Notes: generated by a model not told the origin, from the letters alone. 64,000 bases of DNA from Chloroflexota bacterium (GCA_051003235.1 JBPCLN010000166.1:27635-91634), one strand, 5' to 3'; positions 47,998 through 58,477 are shown, counted from the first letter of the stretch. Numbers and translations: made by a program.

Positions 47998-49212
47998 CTA
48001 CTGCTCCGGCGGGACAAGCTTCGGCGCGTCGACCCGATCGGTGTCGGCGCGCGCACGCTCGGCGCGGGGATGGCGAGCATGCTGATCATGCATGCGCAGC
48101 GGCGGGTGCGCCGGCACCAGCAAGCGGGCAGCACCAATGCGCTTGTCGGCCATACCGTAATACATATCTATACGGCCCGCCTCAAGGCCAAACCGGGCGT
48201 CTAACCCGGTGGGAAAGACGACATGATCGACAATCCCGGTGAGTTCGTCTGGTCCTTCCGGCGCCAGGAGCGGCGTAGGGGAGCGATACAGTACATGCCA
48301 GGGCCTCTCGGCGTCCAGCACGGCCACACCGGCACAGTACTCACCGCGGCCGGCGACTTCGCCGCTCGGTAACGTGAGCGGGCGAATGCCATGGTAGACC
48401 AGCAGCCAGCCCTGGCGAATACGCACCGGGGGCGGCCCACCACCGAGTTTAATTTGTTCCCAGGCGGCTTGCGGAGCCAGCAGGAGGTGGTTGTCATGGA
48501 CGTGGGTGAGGCGGCTCTCATCCTGCATGACGCGCTCCAGGCTGACGTAGGAGATCCAAACGCTCTCCCGCGGATCCTGGATATGCTGCGGCAGCACCAC
48601 CTGCTCGCTGCCGTCGGGAAAATGCTGGCGATAGGTTGGCCGGTGAATGATTGCCAGCGCCGGGTTGCCATTGGGATCCAACACCGGCTCAGGAAAGAAG
48701 CTGGCGTCCTTGTTGCCATAGCGCCCGAAGTCCACGCGGGCCCGGCTAAAATGCAACAGCCCCAACCGGCGCCAGGCGACGCTATCGTCCGATACGGCCA
48801 CGGCGACACGGGGTCCGGTCGCGCCGAGGGCGACGTAGGCCATCACGTAGCGTCGCAGCGCCGCGATATAGGTGACGCGCGGATCTTCGCAGCCTCCCGC
48901 CCCGGCCGGATTCTGTTCGTAGGCCTCCTGCGGCTCCAGCACGAAGCCGAACCGCTCCACACCGACCGGATTATGGTCATCGTCAAAGAGGACGCGCGCC
49001 CGCCCGATGCGGGAGTAGTTGCCATCCGCCACAATGCGCGGAAAGAGATAGAGCTCGCCGTCAGGGCAGCGGCTGGCCGCCGGGTTGAGGACGCCCATGG
49101 CTTCCTGTGTGTCATAGGGATTCGGTTCCATCACCACGCCCAGGCGTTGGACGGCGAAAGTGCTTTCCGCCCCTTCGTCGGAGCGAGCGACCATCGGCTG
49201 GCCTTCCGTCAT
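47998..49212 (-). CDS. GH130-family (DUF377-type) glycoside phosphorylase/hydrolase-like protein
   Basis: Pattern GVLNPAA...YLFPRIV...GCEDPRVTY...NKDASFFPE...IIHRP is typical of the family. ATG 49212 follows AGGAGAAG. Confidence 0.7.
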   Translation of the reverse strand: MTEGQPMVARSDEGAESTFAVQRLGVVMEPNPYDTQEAMGVLNPAASRCPDGELYLFPRIVADGNYSRIGRARVLFDDDHNPVGVERFGFVLEPQEAYEQNPAGAGGCEDPRVTYIAALRRYVMAYVALGATGPRVAVAVSDDSVAWRRLGLLHFSRARVDFGRYGNKDASFFPEPVLDPNGNPALAIIHRPTYRQHFPDGSEQVVLPQHIQDPRESVWISYVSLERVMQDESRLTHVHDNHLLLAPQAAWEQIKLGGGPPPVRIRQGWLLVYHGIRPLTLPSGEVAGRGEYCAGVAVLDAERPWHVLYRSPTPLLAPEGPDELTGIVDHVVFPTGLDARFGLEAGRIDMYYGMADKRIGAARLLVPAHPPLRMHDQHARHPRAERARADTDRVDAPKLVPPEQ

Positions 49213-49270
49213 GCGCTGACTTCTCCTGACTGATGGATTAGGCCGGCGCCGATCGCGGCTACATTCCAGC

Positions 49271-50995
49271 TTACCCCCAATCAAACTGCCGCGCTAGGAA
49301 ATCGGTGGTCACTTCCAGGATCAAGGGGCTGCCGTGGGGACAGACGGTGGGAGCATCCAGCTCAGCCAGGCGGTGGAGCAGTTCCCGCATCACCGGAGAA
49401 GGCAACGCCTGCCCGCGACGGAGGGCGGTGCGGCATGCGACGGAGGTACGCAGGCGATCGAGCCAGTGGTCGCCGGGCAATGTCGCCTCCCGCCAGAGTT
49501 CATCGTCAACGGCCGGCAACGTCAGGGCGGACGCAGCGCCTTCCACGGTGGGGACGGAATGGACAAGGTACGTCAGACCATGGAGGTGTTCAACCTGGAA
49601 GCCGAGCGCCGCCAGATCGGCCAGCCGCGCCGCGAAGCGGTCCGCCTGCTCGCGACGTAACTCCAGTACCAGCGGTTCAACCAGCGCCTGGGCAGGCGGC
49701 GGGGTATGTTCCGCGCCGAGCTGCTCGTAAAGGAGACGCTCGTGGACCCGGTGCTGATCGACGAGATAGAGACCGGCGCTGCCCTCGACCAGGATCAGAC
49801 TATTATGGACCTGCCCAAGTAAGCGCATATGCGGTAACTCGGCCATGACACCCCGGCCCTGAGCGAGGCGCTCCTCCGGCGAGTCGTAGGGCCGCCGACC
49901 TTCGCGCACGCGGCTGATGGCGCGGGCGTTGCTTAATTCCGGCAGGCTACCCTGGCGTAGGCCAGGGGTCCAGGCGACGGCATCTGGACGCGTCGGCAGG
50001 GCAGCGAGCGTGCCGCGTACGGCGCGGGTAAGGGCGGTGGCAATCTCTTCGCGACGACGCAGCAATACCTCGGCCTTGGTTGGGTGGACGTTGACGTCGA
50101 CATCGGCCGGGTCGCAGGTAAGCGCGATAACGGCAATCGGGTGGCGGCCGCGTGGCAACAAGGGGCGGTAGGCCGCTTCCAGTGCTTCGCGCAAAGGGGC
50201 CATTTCTACGGGCCGTCCATTGACCGCCAGCGTGATCGCGGCGCGCGTCGCCCGGGTGGCGGTGCGGTCACCAATCCAACCATCCACACCAAAGCCGGAC
50301 AGGGCCTCCGCCGCCAGACGCACCAACGCGCGCCGCACCGGCTGGCCCCAACACTCGCCGACAGCCACCTCGACCTGACCAGATCCGGTTGTGCGCAACA
50401 GCAGGCGGGCGTCCACCTGCAATGCAATGCGTACCTGGGGATGGATTACGGCATAGCGGCGCACCAGCAATGCCAGGCGGCTATTTTCCGCGGCGGCGCT
50501 CTCCATAAAGCGACGGCGCCCGGGCAAAGCAGCGAACAGGCGGCGAATGATAACGGTGGTACCGGGTCGTCGCGCCACAGGCGCAGAGTGGACCAACTCT
50601 CCGCCGACGTAGCGTAATTGCCAGCCGCTCCCACTGTCCAGCGTTGCCGAAATCAGGGTCAGGTCAGCGACAGTAACCAGGCTGGCTAGCGCCTCGCCGC
50701 GGAAGCCCAGCGTTGCGACACTGTCCAGGTCCGAGAAAGCACCGATCTTGTTGGTGGTGTGGCGGCGGCAGGCCAGTTCAATCTCCGCCGCCGGAATACC
50801 ACCGCCATCGTCAGCCACACGCAGCAGCGTCAAGCCACCACCGGCGACCTCGATGACGATTTCCGTCGCGCCGGCGTCGAGGGCGTTCTCCAGAAGTTCC
50901 TTGACGGCGGAGGCAGGACGTTCGATCGCCTCCCCTGCCGCGACGCGCTCGATGAACGCCGGCGGCAAGGGGGCGATCGGCCGGCGGTCACTCAC
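49271..50995 (-). CDS. mutL: DNA mismatch repair protein MutL
   Basis: The GHKL N-terminus is VAAGEAIERPASAVKELLENALDAGAT...GFRGEAL. The GTG start overlaps the mutS stop. Confidence 0.92.
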   Translation of the reverse strand: MSDRRPIAPLPPAFIERVAAGEAIERPASAVKELLENALDAGATEIVIEVAGGGLTLLRVADDGGGIPAAEIELACRRHTTNKIGAFSDLDSVATLGFRGEALASLVTVADLTLISATLDSGSGWQLRYVGGELVHSAPVARRPGTTVIIRRLFAALPGRRRFMESAAAENSRLALLVRRYAVIHPQVRIALQVDARLLLRTTGSGQVEVAVGECWGQPVRRALVRLAAEALSGFGVDGWIGDRTATRATRAAITLAVNGRPVEMAPLREALEAAYRPLLPRGRHPIAVIALTCDPADVDVNVHPTKAEVLLRRREEIATALTRAVRGTLAALPTRPDAVAWTPGLRQGSLPELSNARAISRVREGRRPYDSPEERLAQGRGVMAELPHMRLLGQVHNSLILVEGSAGLYLVDQHRVHERLLYEQLGAEHTPPPAQALVEPLVLELRREQADRFAARLADLAALGFQVEHLHGLTYLVHSVPTVEGAASALTLPAVDDELWREATLPGDHWLDRLRTSVACRTALRRGQALPSPVMRELLHRLAELDAPTVCPHGSPLILEVTTDFLARQFDWG

Positions 50996-53727
50996 CGATC
51001 GAGCAGGCGCCGGGCGGCCTGTTGCACATCGGCAAGCTTGACCAATGCCTGGAGCGGGGTGGTCTGCACCAGGTCCAGTTGCTCGAGTTCTCGCAGCAAG
51101 GCGGAGAGGTGACCAGGAATGGGAAGGGCCTCGGGCAGCGTCGCTGGGAGCGCGGGCGTCTCGCCCGCCTCAACAACGGGGGGCGCGTAAGAGTGAGCAG
51201 AGCCAGAACTGGGGTCGGTGGCCAAGGTACCGGAGCGACTGCGGTCGCGTGTGCCATCAGATGCTTCAGTGTCAAGCGACCGCAGTCGCTCCCCGTAACC
51301 GGGCCGAGGGTGCCCCCCGGGCCCGCAGTCGCGGCCCTGCCCCGTTACCGCCGCATCCAATAGCGCCTGCGCGCGCAACACAATATTCTCCGGCACTCCG
51401 GCCAACCGGGCGACGTGGAGGCCGTAGCTGCGGTCGGCGACGCCGGAGGCAATACGATGGGTGAAGGCCACCTGGCCGCTCAATTCCAGCACGGCAAAGG
51501 TATAGGGCGCAAGGCGCGGAAGGTGTTCTACATCCTGGACCAGACTGCGGAAGTGGGTGGCGAAGAGCGTGCGCGCCTGAACATGGTCGTGCAGGTGCTC
51601 TAACACCGCCTGGGCCAGGGCGCTGCCGTCCTCGGTGCTGGTGCCACGCCCGACTTCATCAAGCACGATCAGACTTCGGGCGGTGGCCTGCCGGCAGATT
51701 GTCGCCGTTTCCATCATCTCCATCATGAAGGTGCTGGCGCCGCCGGCCAGGTCGTCATGTGCACCGACGCGCGTAAAAATGCGATCGACCAGGCCGATAC
51801 GCGCCGCTTCCGCCGGTACATAGCTACCGATCTGGGCGAGGAGCGCGATCAACGCTACCTGGCGCAGATAGGTCGATTTGCCGGCCATGTTCGGACCGGT
51901 GATGAGCAGTGCCTGAGGCCCGTCCGCGCCGAGATGACAGTCGTTGGGGATGAAGCCTTCAGCGCCGATGGCGCGCTCCACCACCGGGTGGCGCCCGTTG
52001 ACAATGTCCAGTGCTGTCGATTCGTCGACGCTGGGCCGCACCCAGCGCTCCTGGTCGGCAATTTCGGCCAGAGCGCAGGCGACGTCGAGTTCGGCAATTC
52101 GTTGGGCGGTCGCGTGCAACCGGTCGGCGTGTCTAGCCAGCCGGCGCAGTAGATTGACGAACAGACGGCTCTCCAGCGCTTCCAGGTCGTCGTCGGCGCG
52201 CAACAGCCGCGCCTCCACGTCCTTGAGCTCCGGGGTCACGTAGCGCTCTGCTCCCGCTACCGTCTGTTTTCGCACGTACTCCAGCGGTACCAGGGCCCGA
52301 TTGGGATTGGTCACTTCAATGTAATAGCCGAATACTTTGTTGACGGCGACCTTGAGACTGCGGATGCCGGTACGGGTGCGCTCCCGCACTTCCAACTCAC
52401 CCATCCAGGCGCGATCGGCGTTGGAGGATGCCCTCAGGGCGTCCAGTTCATCGCTATGGCCGTCGGCAATAGTTTTGCCGGCGCCCGGTTCGGTCAGGGC
52501 GCCGTTGATCAGAGCGGCCAGATCGTCACACCCGTCTAGCGGCCGCAGCATCGTCTGCAGAGTCGGGGACGCGCAGGCGGCCAGTCGCTGCATTGCCCGC
52601 GCAACCTTCAGCGACTGGCCAAGGACCCATACTTCGCGCGGAGTGGCGCTGCCGCTGTGCATCCGGCTGCTCGTCCGCTCGATATCAAGAACGCGGCTCA
52701 ACAAGCGGCGCAATTCCGCCCGCAACATTCGGTCGTCGAGGAGCGCGGCGACAATATCCTGGCGGGCGACGATGCCGACCACATCCAGCAGGGGTTGGCC
52801 GAGTTGGCGGCGCAGGAGCCGGGCGCCGATGGCCGACTGGGTGCAGTCGAGCGTGGCGAGGAGACTCCCTTCTTGACTGCCGTAGGCCCCCCTGGTGAGG
52901 TTAAGATTGCGCCGGGATTGGCCATCCAGTTGCATATAGCTGCCGGGTGCGTAGCCGCGCAGGCTCGTCAGTAGCGGCAGGAGCGCCGGGTTGGTCTGCC
53001 CCAGGTAACGCAGCACCGCGCCGGCGCAGGCCGTAGCTAGCGGACGGCCGTCGCAGCCGAAGGCAGCGAGCGACTGGGTGTGAAACTGCAGTGCCAGTTG
53101 TTCGCGAGCGCCACCTTCTTCAAACTGCCAGGGTTCGCGCACTGTGCGGTGCCCCGGCACGTCGAACGGCTCGGCCTGGTCGCGCGGGGTCAAACACTCG
53201 GCGGGGGCGAGGCGGCGCAGTTCCGCCTCCAGCATCGCCGTCGCGGCGTCACCATCGAACTGCACCAGGTAGAACTCGCCGGTGCTGACATCGACATACG
53301 CCAGGCCGCCGGCGGCGTCCGTCCAGAGCAAGGCGGCGAGGTAGTTGTTCGACCGCTGCGGCAGCAGAGCCGGCTCGGTCAGCGTGCCGGGCGTGACGAC
53401 GCGCAGCACCTCCCGCTCCACCAGCCCATGGCCCGCCTCGCTGACTTGCTCGCAGATGGCGACGTGAAAACCCTTGCGAATCAACCGGGCCAGGTAACTT
53501 TCGGCAGCGTGATACGGAACTCCGGCCAGCGGGACCCGGAAGTCCTTCCCAAACTCCCGCGAGGTCAGCGTGATATGCAACTCCCGCGCCGCGACGCGGG
53601 CGTCCTCCTCGAACATCTCGTAGAAGTCGCCCATGCGCGTCCAGAGAATGGCGTCGGGGTGCTGCGCCTTTAAGCGGCAGTACTGCTCCCAGAAGGGAGT
53701 GACGCGTACGGCTGGGTCCACTCCCAC
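50992..53727 (-). CDS. mutS: DNA mismatch repair protein MutS
   Basis: Domain I is TPFWEQYCRLKAQHPDAILWTRMGDFYEMF. The ATPase shows ITGPNMAGKSTYLRQ, DEVGRGTST and FATHF. GTG start follows GGGGAGGGG. Confidence 0.93.
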   Translation of the reverse strand: MGVDPAVRVTPFWEQYCRLKAQHPDAILWTRMGDFYEMFEEDARVAARELHITLTSREFGKDFRVPLAGVPYHAAESYLARLIRKGFHVAICEQVSEAGHGLVEREVLRVVTPGTLTEPALLPQRSNNYLAALLWTDAAGGLAYVDVSTGEFYLVQFDGDAATAMLEAELRRLAPAECLTPRDQAEPFDVPGHRTVREPWQFEEGGAREQLALQFHTQSLAAFGCDGRPLATACAGAVLRYLGQTNPALLPLLTSLRGYAPGSYMQLDGQSRRNLNLTRGAYGSQEGSLLATLDCTQSAIGARLLRRQLGQPLLDVVGIVARQDIVAALLDDRMLRAELRRLLSRVLDIERTSSRMHSGSATPREVWVLGQSLKVARAMQRLAACASPTLQTMLRPLDGCDDLAALINGALTEPGAGKTIADGHSDELDALRASSNADRAWMGELEVRERTRTGIRSLKVAVNKVFGYYIEVTNPNRALVPLEYVRKQTVAGAERYVTPELKDVEARLLRADDDLEALESRLFVNLLRRLARHADRLHATAQRIAELDVACALAEIADQERWVRPSVDESTALDIVNGRHPVVERAIGAEGFIPNDCHLGADGPQALLITGPNMAGKSTYLRQVALIALLAQIGSYVPAEAARIGLVDRIFTRVGAHDDLAGGASTFMMEMMETATICRQATARSLIVLDEVGRGTSTEDGSALAQAVLEHLHDHVQARTLFATHFRSLVQDVEHLPRLAPYTFAVLELSGQVAFTHRIASGVADRSYGLHVARLAGVPENIVLRAQALLDAAVTGQGRDCGPGGHPRPGYGERLRSLDTEASDGTRDRSRSGTLATDPSSGSAHSYAPPVVEAGETPALPATLPEALPIPGHLSALLRELEQLDLVQTTPLQALVKLADVQQAARRLLDR

Positions 53728-53856
53728 GTCCCCTCCCCAGGTTTCGGCGACTGCCCGACAGCGGGCATGCTAGCGCATAATGGCAAATGGTGTAGGACTG
53801 CTAGCGTCAGGGGAGCAGGGCCGCGACTGCGGGCCCAAGGGACACCTCCGGCCAAG

Positions 53857-54342
53857 TTAGACTTCCGCCACGGCTACCACCTGTCCGCCGGTGAGGCGCA
53901 GCAACTCGTCGGGCGTGAGCCGGAAGACGGCGTGCGGATGACCGGCGGCTGCCCACAACGCGTCATATTGCAGGAGATCCTGGTCAATATAGACCTTGCT
54001 GGGGAGCGTGTGGCCCACCGGGGCGACGCCGCCTATCGCATAGCCGGTCTGCTCCCGCACGAAGGCAGCGTTGGCCCGGGCCACCGCCGAGCCAACGTGA
54101 CCCGCCAAGCGGGCCTCGTCCACCCGGTTGGCGCCGCTTGCCAGGACAACGACCCCTTGCCCACCGTCAGTCACCTCGAAAACCAGGGACTTGACGATCT
54201 GACCGACAGTGCAGCCAATGGCGGCGGCGGCCTCCACCGCTGTTCGTGCCGACTGGGGCAGTTGCATCACCTCGTTCGGGAAGCCAAGGTTGCGCAATGT
54301 CGCTTCAACACGGCGCGCACTCGGCGCAAGTTCTGTCGTCAC
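53857..54342 (-). CDS. YbaK/EbsC-family aminoacyl-tRNA editing (deacylase) domain protein
   Basis: It shows the YbaK-family pattern (IVKSLVF...VVVLASGANRVD...GYAIGGVAPVGH) at a size of 161 aa. Confidence 0.75.
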   Translation of the reverse strand: MTTELAPSARRVEATLRNLGFPNEVMQLPQSARTAVEAAAAIGCTVGQIVKSLVFEVTDGGQGVVVLASGANRVDEARLAGHVGSAVARANAAFVREQTGYAIGGVAPVGHTLPSKVYIDQDLLQYDALWAAAGHPHAVFRLTPDELLRLTGGQVVAVAEV

Positions 54343-54455
54343 TGACCGCCCCCTTACCGTCCGCGCGGCACTTGGAAACCCGCTATTTCCCTTATCGTAG
54401 CCGACGAGCGGCTCCGTTAGTGTCCATCTAACCGAACTCCGGTATCATCGAGTCT

Positions 54456-57365
54456 ATGTCTCACGATGTCATTGCCGTGCGGGGCGCGCGTCAGCATAAT
54501 CTGAAGAATGTCAGTATCAACCTGCCGCGTCACCGGCTGATCGTGTTCACCGGCCTGTCCGGCTCCGGCAAGTCAAGCCTCGCCTTCGATACGATCTACG
54601 CCGAAGGCCAGCGCCGTTACGTGGAATCCCTTTCCACCTATGCCCGCCAGTTGCTCGGCCAGGTGGAGAAGCCGGACGTCGATTCGATAGACGGCCTCTC
54701 GCCGGCCATCGCCATCGACCAGCACGGCGTCGGCCATAATCCGCGCTCCACCGTCGGCACGGTAACGGAGATTTATGACTTCCTGCGCCTGCTCTTCGCT
54801 CGCGTCGGGCGGCCCCACTGCCCGAACTGCGGCCGGCCAATCCGCGCCCTGACCCCGCAGCAAATGGTGGACACGATCCTGGCCCTGCCGGACGGCAGCC
54901 GCCTGATGGTGTTGGCGCCCCTTGATAGTGGCCAGGGCAAACCCTTACGCCGCCAATTGGACGACTTGCGACGCAACGGCTTCGTGCGGGCACGTATTGA
55001 CGGGACGGTGGTCGACCTGTCCGAAGCGGACGAGCATGCCGACCCGCAAACCGCCGACATTGTCGTCGATCGGATCATCGTCCGTCATGGCGGCGAAGAT
55101 GGCGATGCCGTGCGCGCCCGCCTGGCCGACTCGGTGGAGACGGCGCTACGGGTCGGGGAAGGTAGCCTGGTAGTGGCGCCGGTAGGCGGAGCCGAACTGC
55201 GGCTGAGCCGCCACTGGCTTTGCCCGGTCTGCCGGATCACGATTGCACCACTGGAGCCGCGTTCCTTTTCCTTCAACAGCCCCCAGGGGGCATGCCCGCA
55301 GTGTGACGGCCTGGGCGTCAAGTTGGAGTTCGACGCCGAGCGGGTTGTGTCCAACGCTGATATCGCGCTGGACGATGGCGCGGTTGCCCCCTGGTCGCGC
55401 TTCGCCGGGTTGGATGGCTACTACCCGCAGTTGCTCAAGGCGGCGGCGGAGCACGTGGGCCAGGATGGGCAAACGCCCTGGTCCGCATGGAGCGCCGAAC
55501 AACGTCACTGGCTGCTGTACGGACGTGATAGCGAGCGCATACGGCTGCACTACGTGGGCCGCGAGGGCCGCCAGCGTGACTATGCCACGACCTATGAAGG
55601 CGTCATCCCTATCCTGGAGCGCCAGTATCGGGAATCCACCAATGAACGCCTGCGCGAGGATCTGGAACGCTACATGGCGGAACTGCCCTGTCCCGTCTGC
55701 CATGGGACCCGGCTCAAGCCGGAAGTGCTCGCCGTGACCGTGGAGGGACGCACCATTGCTCAGGTGGTCGCCCAGCCGCTGAACGACTGTGCCGCCTGGC
55801 TGCAAGCCTTAGAACAGTCGGGTGGTGAGGAAAGTATGAGCGAGCGGGAGCGTCAGATCGCCCAGCCGATCCGCCGGGAACTGCTGGACCGCCTGGGCTT
55901 CCTGCTCGACGTCGGGCTGGCGTACCTGACACTGGACCGGCGGGCCGGCAGCCTCTCCGGCGGGGAGGCGCAACGCACCCGCCTCGCCACCCAGATCGGC
56001 TCCAAGCTGTCCGGTGTGCTCTATGTCCTGGACGAGCCTTCCATCGGCCTCCATCAGCGCGACAACGACCGCCTCATCACCACCCTGATCGGGCTGCGTG
56101 ATTTGCAAAATACGGTCCTGGTTGTGGAGCACGATGAGGAGATGATGCGCGCCGCCGACTGGCTGGTGGACATTGGACCGGGAGCGGGTGACAACGGGGG
56201 CGAGATCATGGCCGCCGGCACGCCGGAGGATGTCGCGCAAGCACCGGCATCGGTCACCGGGCGCTATTTGCGTGGCGACCGGACCATCCCGACGCCCCGG
56301 CACCGGCGTCGGGGCGATGGCGCGGCGCTCGTGCTAAACGGTGTCCGCGCCAACAACCTCAAGGATCTCCGCGTGCGCTTTCCCCTCGGTTGCCTGATCT
56401 GCGTCACCGGCGTCTCCGGCTCCGGCAAGAGCACGCTGGTCAACGACGTGCTGTATCGGGCGCTCGCCCAACACTTTTATCGGAGTCACGAGCCGCCGGG
56501 CGCCTTTCATAGCCTCCAGGGTTTGGAGCATCTAGACAAGGTGATCGCCGTCGACCAGGCGCCGATCGGCCGGACGCCACGATCCAACCCGGCCACCTAC
56601 GTGGGGCTGTTTACGCCCATCCGCGAGCTGTTCGCTCAGGCGCCGGAGGCAAAGGTACGCGGCTATTCCCCGGGCCGCTTTTCCTTCAACGTGCGGGGCG
56701 GACGCTGCGAGGCCTGCAAGGGCGAGGGCGTCTCCGTGATCGAGATGCAGTTCTTACCCGACATTCATGTGCGGTGCGATGTCTGTCACGGTAAACGCTA
56801 CAACCAGGAAGCATTGGAAATCCGCTTCCGCGGCCACTCGATCGCCGACGTATTGGACATGACCGTGGAGGAAGCGGCCCTTCTCTTCGAGCATATCCCA
56901 GCCGTGGCCGGCCGCCTGGAGACGCTGCGCGCCGTTGGCCTCGGCTACATCCGGCTGGGCCAGCCGGCGACCACCCTCTCCGGTGGCGAGGCCCAGCGCA
57001 TTAAGCTGGCCGCCGAACTCGCCAAGCGCGCCACCGGGCGCACCCTCTATATCCTGGACGAGCCAACGACCGGACTCCACTTCGCCGATGTACACCGCCT
57101 GTTAGACGTCCTCGGCCGGTTGGTCGATGCCGGCAATACCGTCCTGGTGATCGAACACAACCTCGACGTGATCAAGTCCGCAGATTGGGTCATCGACCTC
57201 GGCCCGGAGGCCGGCGCCGATGGCGGCCGGATTGTGGCCGAAGGCACACCGGAGCAGGTCGCAGCGAAGGCAGAGAGTGTGACGGGGCAATATCTGGTAC
57301 GGGCACTGGAGCGGAGTGGTACGCTGGGGATCATCGGCGGTGTGAAAGGAGAAGACCGGGCATGA
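54456..57365 (+). CDS. uvrA: Excinuclease ABC subunit A
   Basis: Two ABC ATPase modules are present (GLSGSGKSS and GVSGSGKST, LSGGEAQR twice). Zinc-finger Cys clusters are present. The N-terminus is canonical: IAVRGARQHNLKN. Confidence 0.95.
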   Translation: MSHDVIAVRGARQHNLKNVSINLPRHRLIVFTGLSGSGKSSLAFDTIYAEGQRRYVESLSTYARQLLGQVEKPDVDSIDGLSPAIAIDQHGVGHNPRSTVGTVTEIYDFLRLLFARVGRPHCPNCGRPIRALTPQQMVDTILALPDGSRLMVLAPLDSGQGKPLRRQLDDLRRNGFVRARIDGTVVDLSEADEHADPQTADIVVDRIIVRHGGEDGDAVRARLADSVETALRVGEGSLVVAPVGGAELRLSRHWLCPVCRITIAPLEPRSFSFNSPQGACPQCDGLGVKLEFDAERVVSNADIALDDGAVAPWSRFAGLDGYYPQLLKAAAEHVGQDGQTPWSAWSAEQRHWLLYGRDSERIRLHYVGREGRQRDYATTYEGVIPILERQYRESTNERLREDLERYMAELPCPVCHGTRLKPEVLAVTVEGRTIAQVVAQPLNDCAAWLQALEQSGGEESMSERERQIAQPIRRELLDRLGFLLDVGLAYLTLDRRAGSLSGGEAQRTRLATQIGSKLSGVLYVLDEPSIGLHQRDNDRLITTLIGLRDLQNTVLVVEHDEEMMRAADWLVDIGPGAGDNGGEIMAAGTPEDVAQAPASVTGRYLRGDRTIPTPRHRRRGDGAALVLNGVRANNLKDLRVRFPLGCLICVTGVSGSGKSTLVNDVLYRALAQHFYRSHEPPGAFHSLQGLEHLDKVIAVDQAPIGRTPRSNPATYVGLFTPIRELFAQAPEAKVRGYSPGRFSFNVRGGRCEACKGEGVSVIEMQFLPDIHVRCDVCHGKRYNQEALEIRFRGHSIADVLDMTVEEAALLFEHIPAVAGRLETLRAVGLGYIRLGQPATTLSGGEAQRIKLAAELAKRATGRTLYILDEPTTGLHFADVHRLLDVLGRLVDAGNTVLVIEHNLDVIKSADWVIDLGPEAGADGGRIVAEGTPEQVAAKAESVTGQYLVRALERSGTLGIIGGVKGEDRA

Positions 57366-57604
57366 CGGTCCCAGCTGTAGGGGATCCTGTTGCGGAGAAC
57401 GCGACACCGCAGAAGGTGATCAAGGTCAAACATGAAGGCAAAATCATCGGCTACTTTCTGCCGGCGCCTCCCGGCTGGAACTCGAATGATCAGGAAACTC
57501 GGCGTATCTTCGAACGGCTGGGAGAAGCCGTGGAAAAGGCACAACGAGAGAGTGGACTGGATGAAGAAGCCCTGGCACGAGCGTTGAGTGATGACGCTGG
57601 GTGA
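57362..57604 (+). CDS. Putative type II antitoxin (80 aa) upstream of a PIN toxin
   Basis: The ATG overlaps the uvrA stop (ATGA) and the stop overlaps the PIN start. It is small and acidic with a beta-strand-like segment VIKVKHEGKIIGYFLP. The family is not confidently assigned. Confidence 0.6.
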   Translation: MTVPAVGDPVAENATPQKVIKVKHEGKIIGYFLPAPPGWNSNDQETRRIFERLGEAVEKAQRESGLDEEALARALSDDAG

Positions 57605-58029
57605 TGGATCTCGTTGTTGATGCCAACGTACTGGTTGGCGAACTGTTGCGGCGACGGGGACGAGAACTCGTACTCCGACCGGAACTCAACCTATCAGCAT
57701 CTGCTCGAGCTTGGAACGAGACCCAGCACGAACTACGGCGCCGTGTCCAGACGATGGCGAGACGTGGGCAACTCACAAACGAGACCGCGACGATGATTCT
57801 TCAAGTCGCGGAACAGGCCGTGGAGCAGCGCTTGTTGATCGTCGACACGGCGCTGTACGCCCCGTTTGAGGCGCAAGCGCGCCTGCGCATCCGCCGCGAC
57901 CCCGATGACTGGCCAACCGTGGCAGCAGCAATGGCAACGGACGCCGGCATCTGGACAAACGATCAGGACTTTTGCGGCTGCGGCTTGCCGGTCTGGTCGA
58001 CCGAAACACTGCTCGCTGTCCTGGGCTGA
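57601..58029 (+). CDS. PIN-domain ribonuclease toxin (VapC-like)
   Basis: Conserved acidic positions are in the PIN arrangement: VVDANV, RRDPDDWP, WTNDQDF. Size is 142 aa. Confidence 0.75.
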   Translation: MMDLVVDANVLVGELLRRRGRELVLRPELNLSASARAWNETQHELRRRVQTMARRGQLTNETATMILQVAEQAVEQRLLIVDTALYAPFEAQARLRIRRDPDDWPTVAAAMATDAGIWTNDQDFCGCGLPVWSTETLLAVLG

Positions 58030-58149
58030 ACCCAGATGCTCCGCTGAACCCAACGGACAAATCTGCAAACCGGTTGGCGCGACAGGAAGCGAGTGCCAGA
58101 CGACATGGTCATCGCCCAGCGGCGCTGCATCGCCGACGAGCGGTTCGAT
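57973..58149 (+). repeat. Direct repeat copy A (PIN 3' end, spacer and 5' end of a Uma2-like ORF)
   Basis: It aligns by hand to 62269-62445 at roughly 75-80% identity. The core 57980-58012 is nearly identical to 62276-62308. Confidence 0.8.
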
Positions 58150-58179
58150 TCGCCTCCCCGGCGGCCAGGTCTGGAATAG
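58105..58179 (+). pseudogene. 24-codon remnant of a Uma2-like gene 5' end
   Basis: MVIAQRRCIADERFD parallels MVQTQRRHTVDEWFD in repeat copy B. It stops at TAG 58177-58179. Confidence 0.4.
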
Positions 58180-58311
58180 TGGTGGCATCCAACTACCTAC
58201 GTCCTATCCGTTCTATTGCCAAAACCGTATTACTACCGTAACCGAACCCTTCGGCCGCATATCGGATGCCAATTTCATCCTTTTCAACGCATCGAACGCT
58301 ACCCGTCCCCG

Positions 58312-58340
58312 TTGACATGGCGTTAAGGTTGTCCTATACT
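58312..58340 (+). promoter_or_regulatory. Near-consensus sigma-70 promoter TTGACA-17-TATACT
   Basis: The hexamers were read directly. It lies about 137 nt upstream of ATG 58478, which has RBS AGGAGGG. Confidence 0.55.
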
Positions 58341-58477
58341 GCCCGCTACGTGGGCGACGCTGATTGAGCCGGCTGGCGACTACGCGCCGGCCAGCATACC
58401 CTTGATGCCCACGAACCTTTCCCTCGTCAGATCAGGGCGTGAGCTTCGGCAATGTTCGCGAGTCAGGAGGGACAACC

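Noticed and set aside
54433-54446. Possible SOS box CGAACTCCGGTATC in front of uvrA
   Set aside because: Only one half-site matches GAAC-N4-GTTC and the second half is GTAT. It is too degenerate to call without binding data, so it is kept only as a comparison in a finding.
58136-58156. tRNA T-loop-like string GGTTCGATTCG
   Set aside because: The flanking bases do not form a T-stem, and no acceptor, D or anticodon arms can be drawn. It lies inside the repeat and Uma2-like stub.
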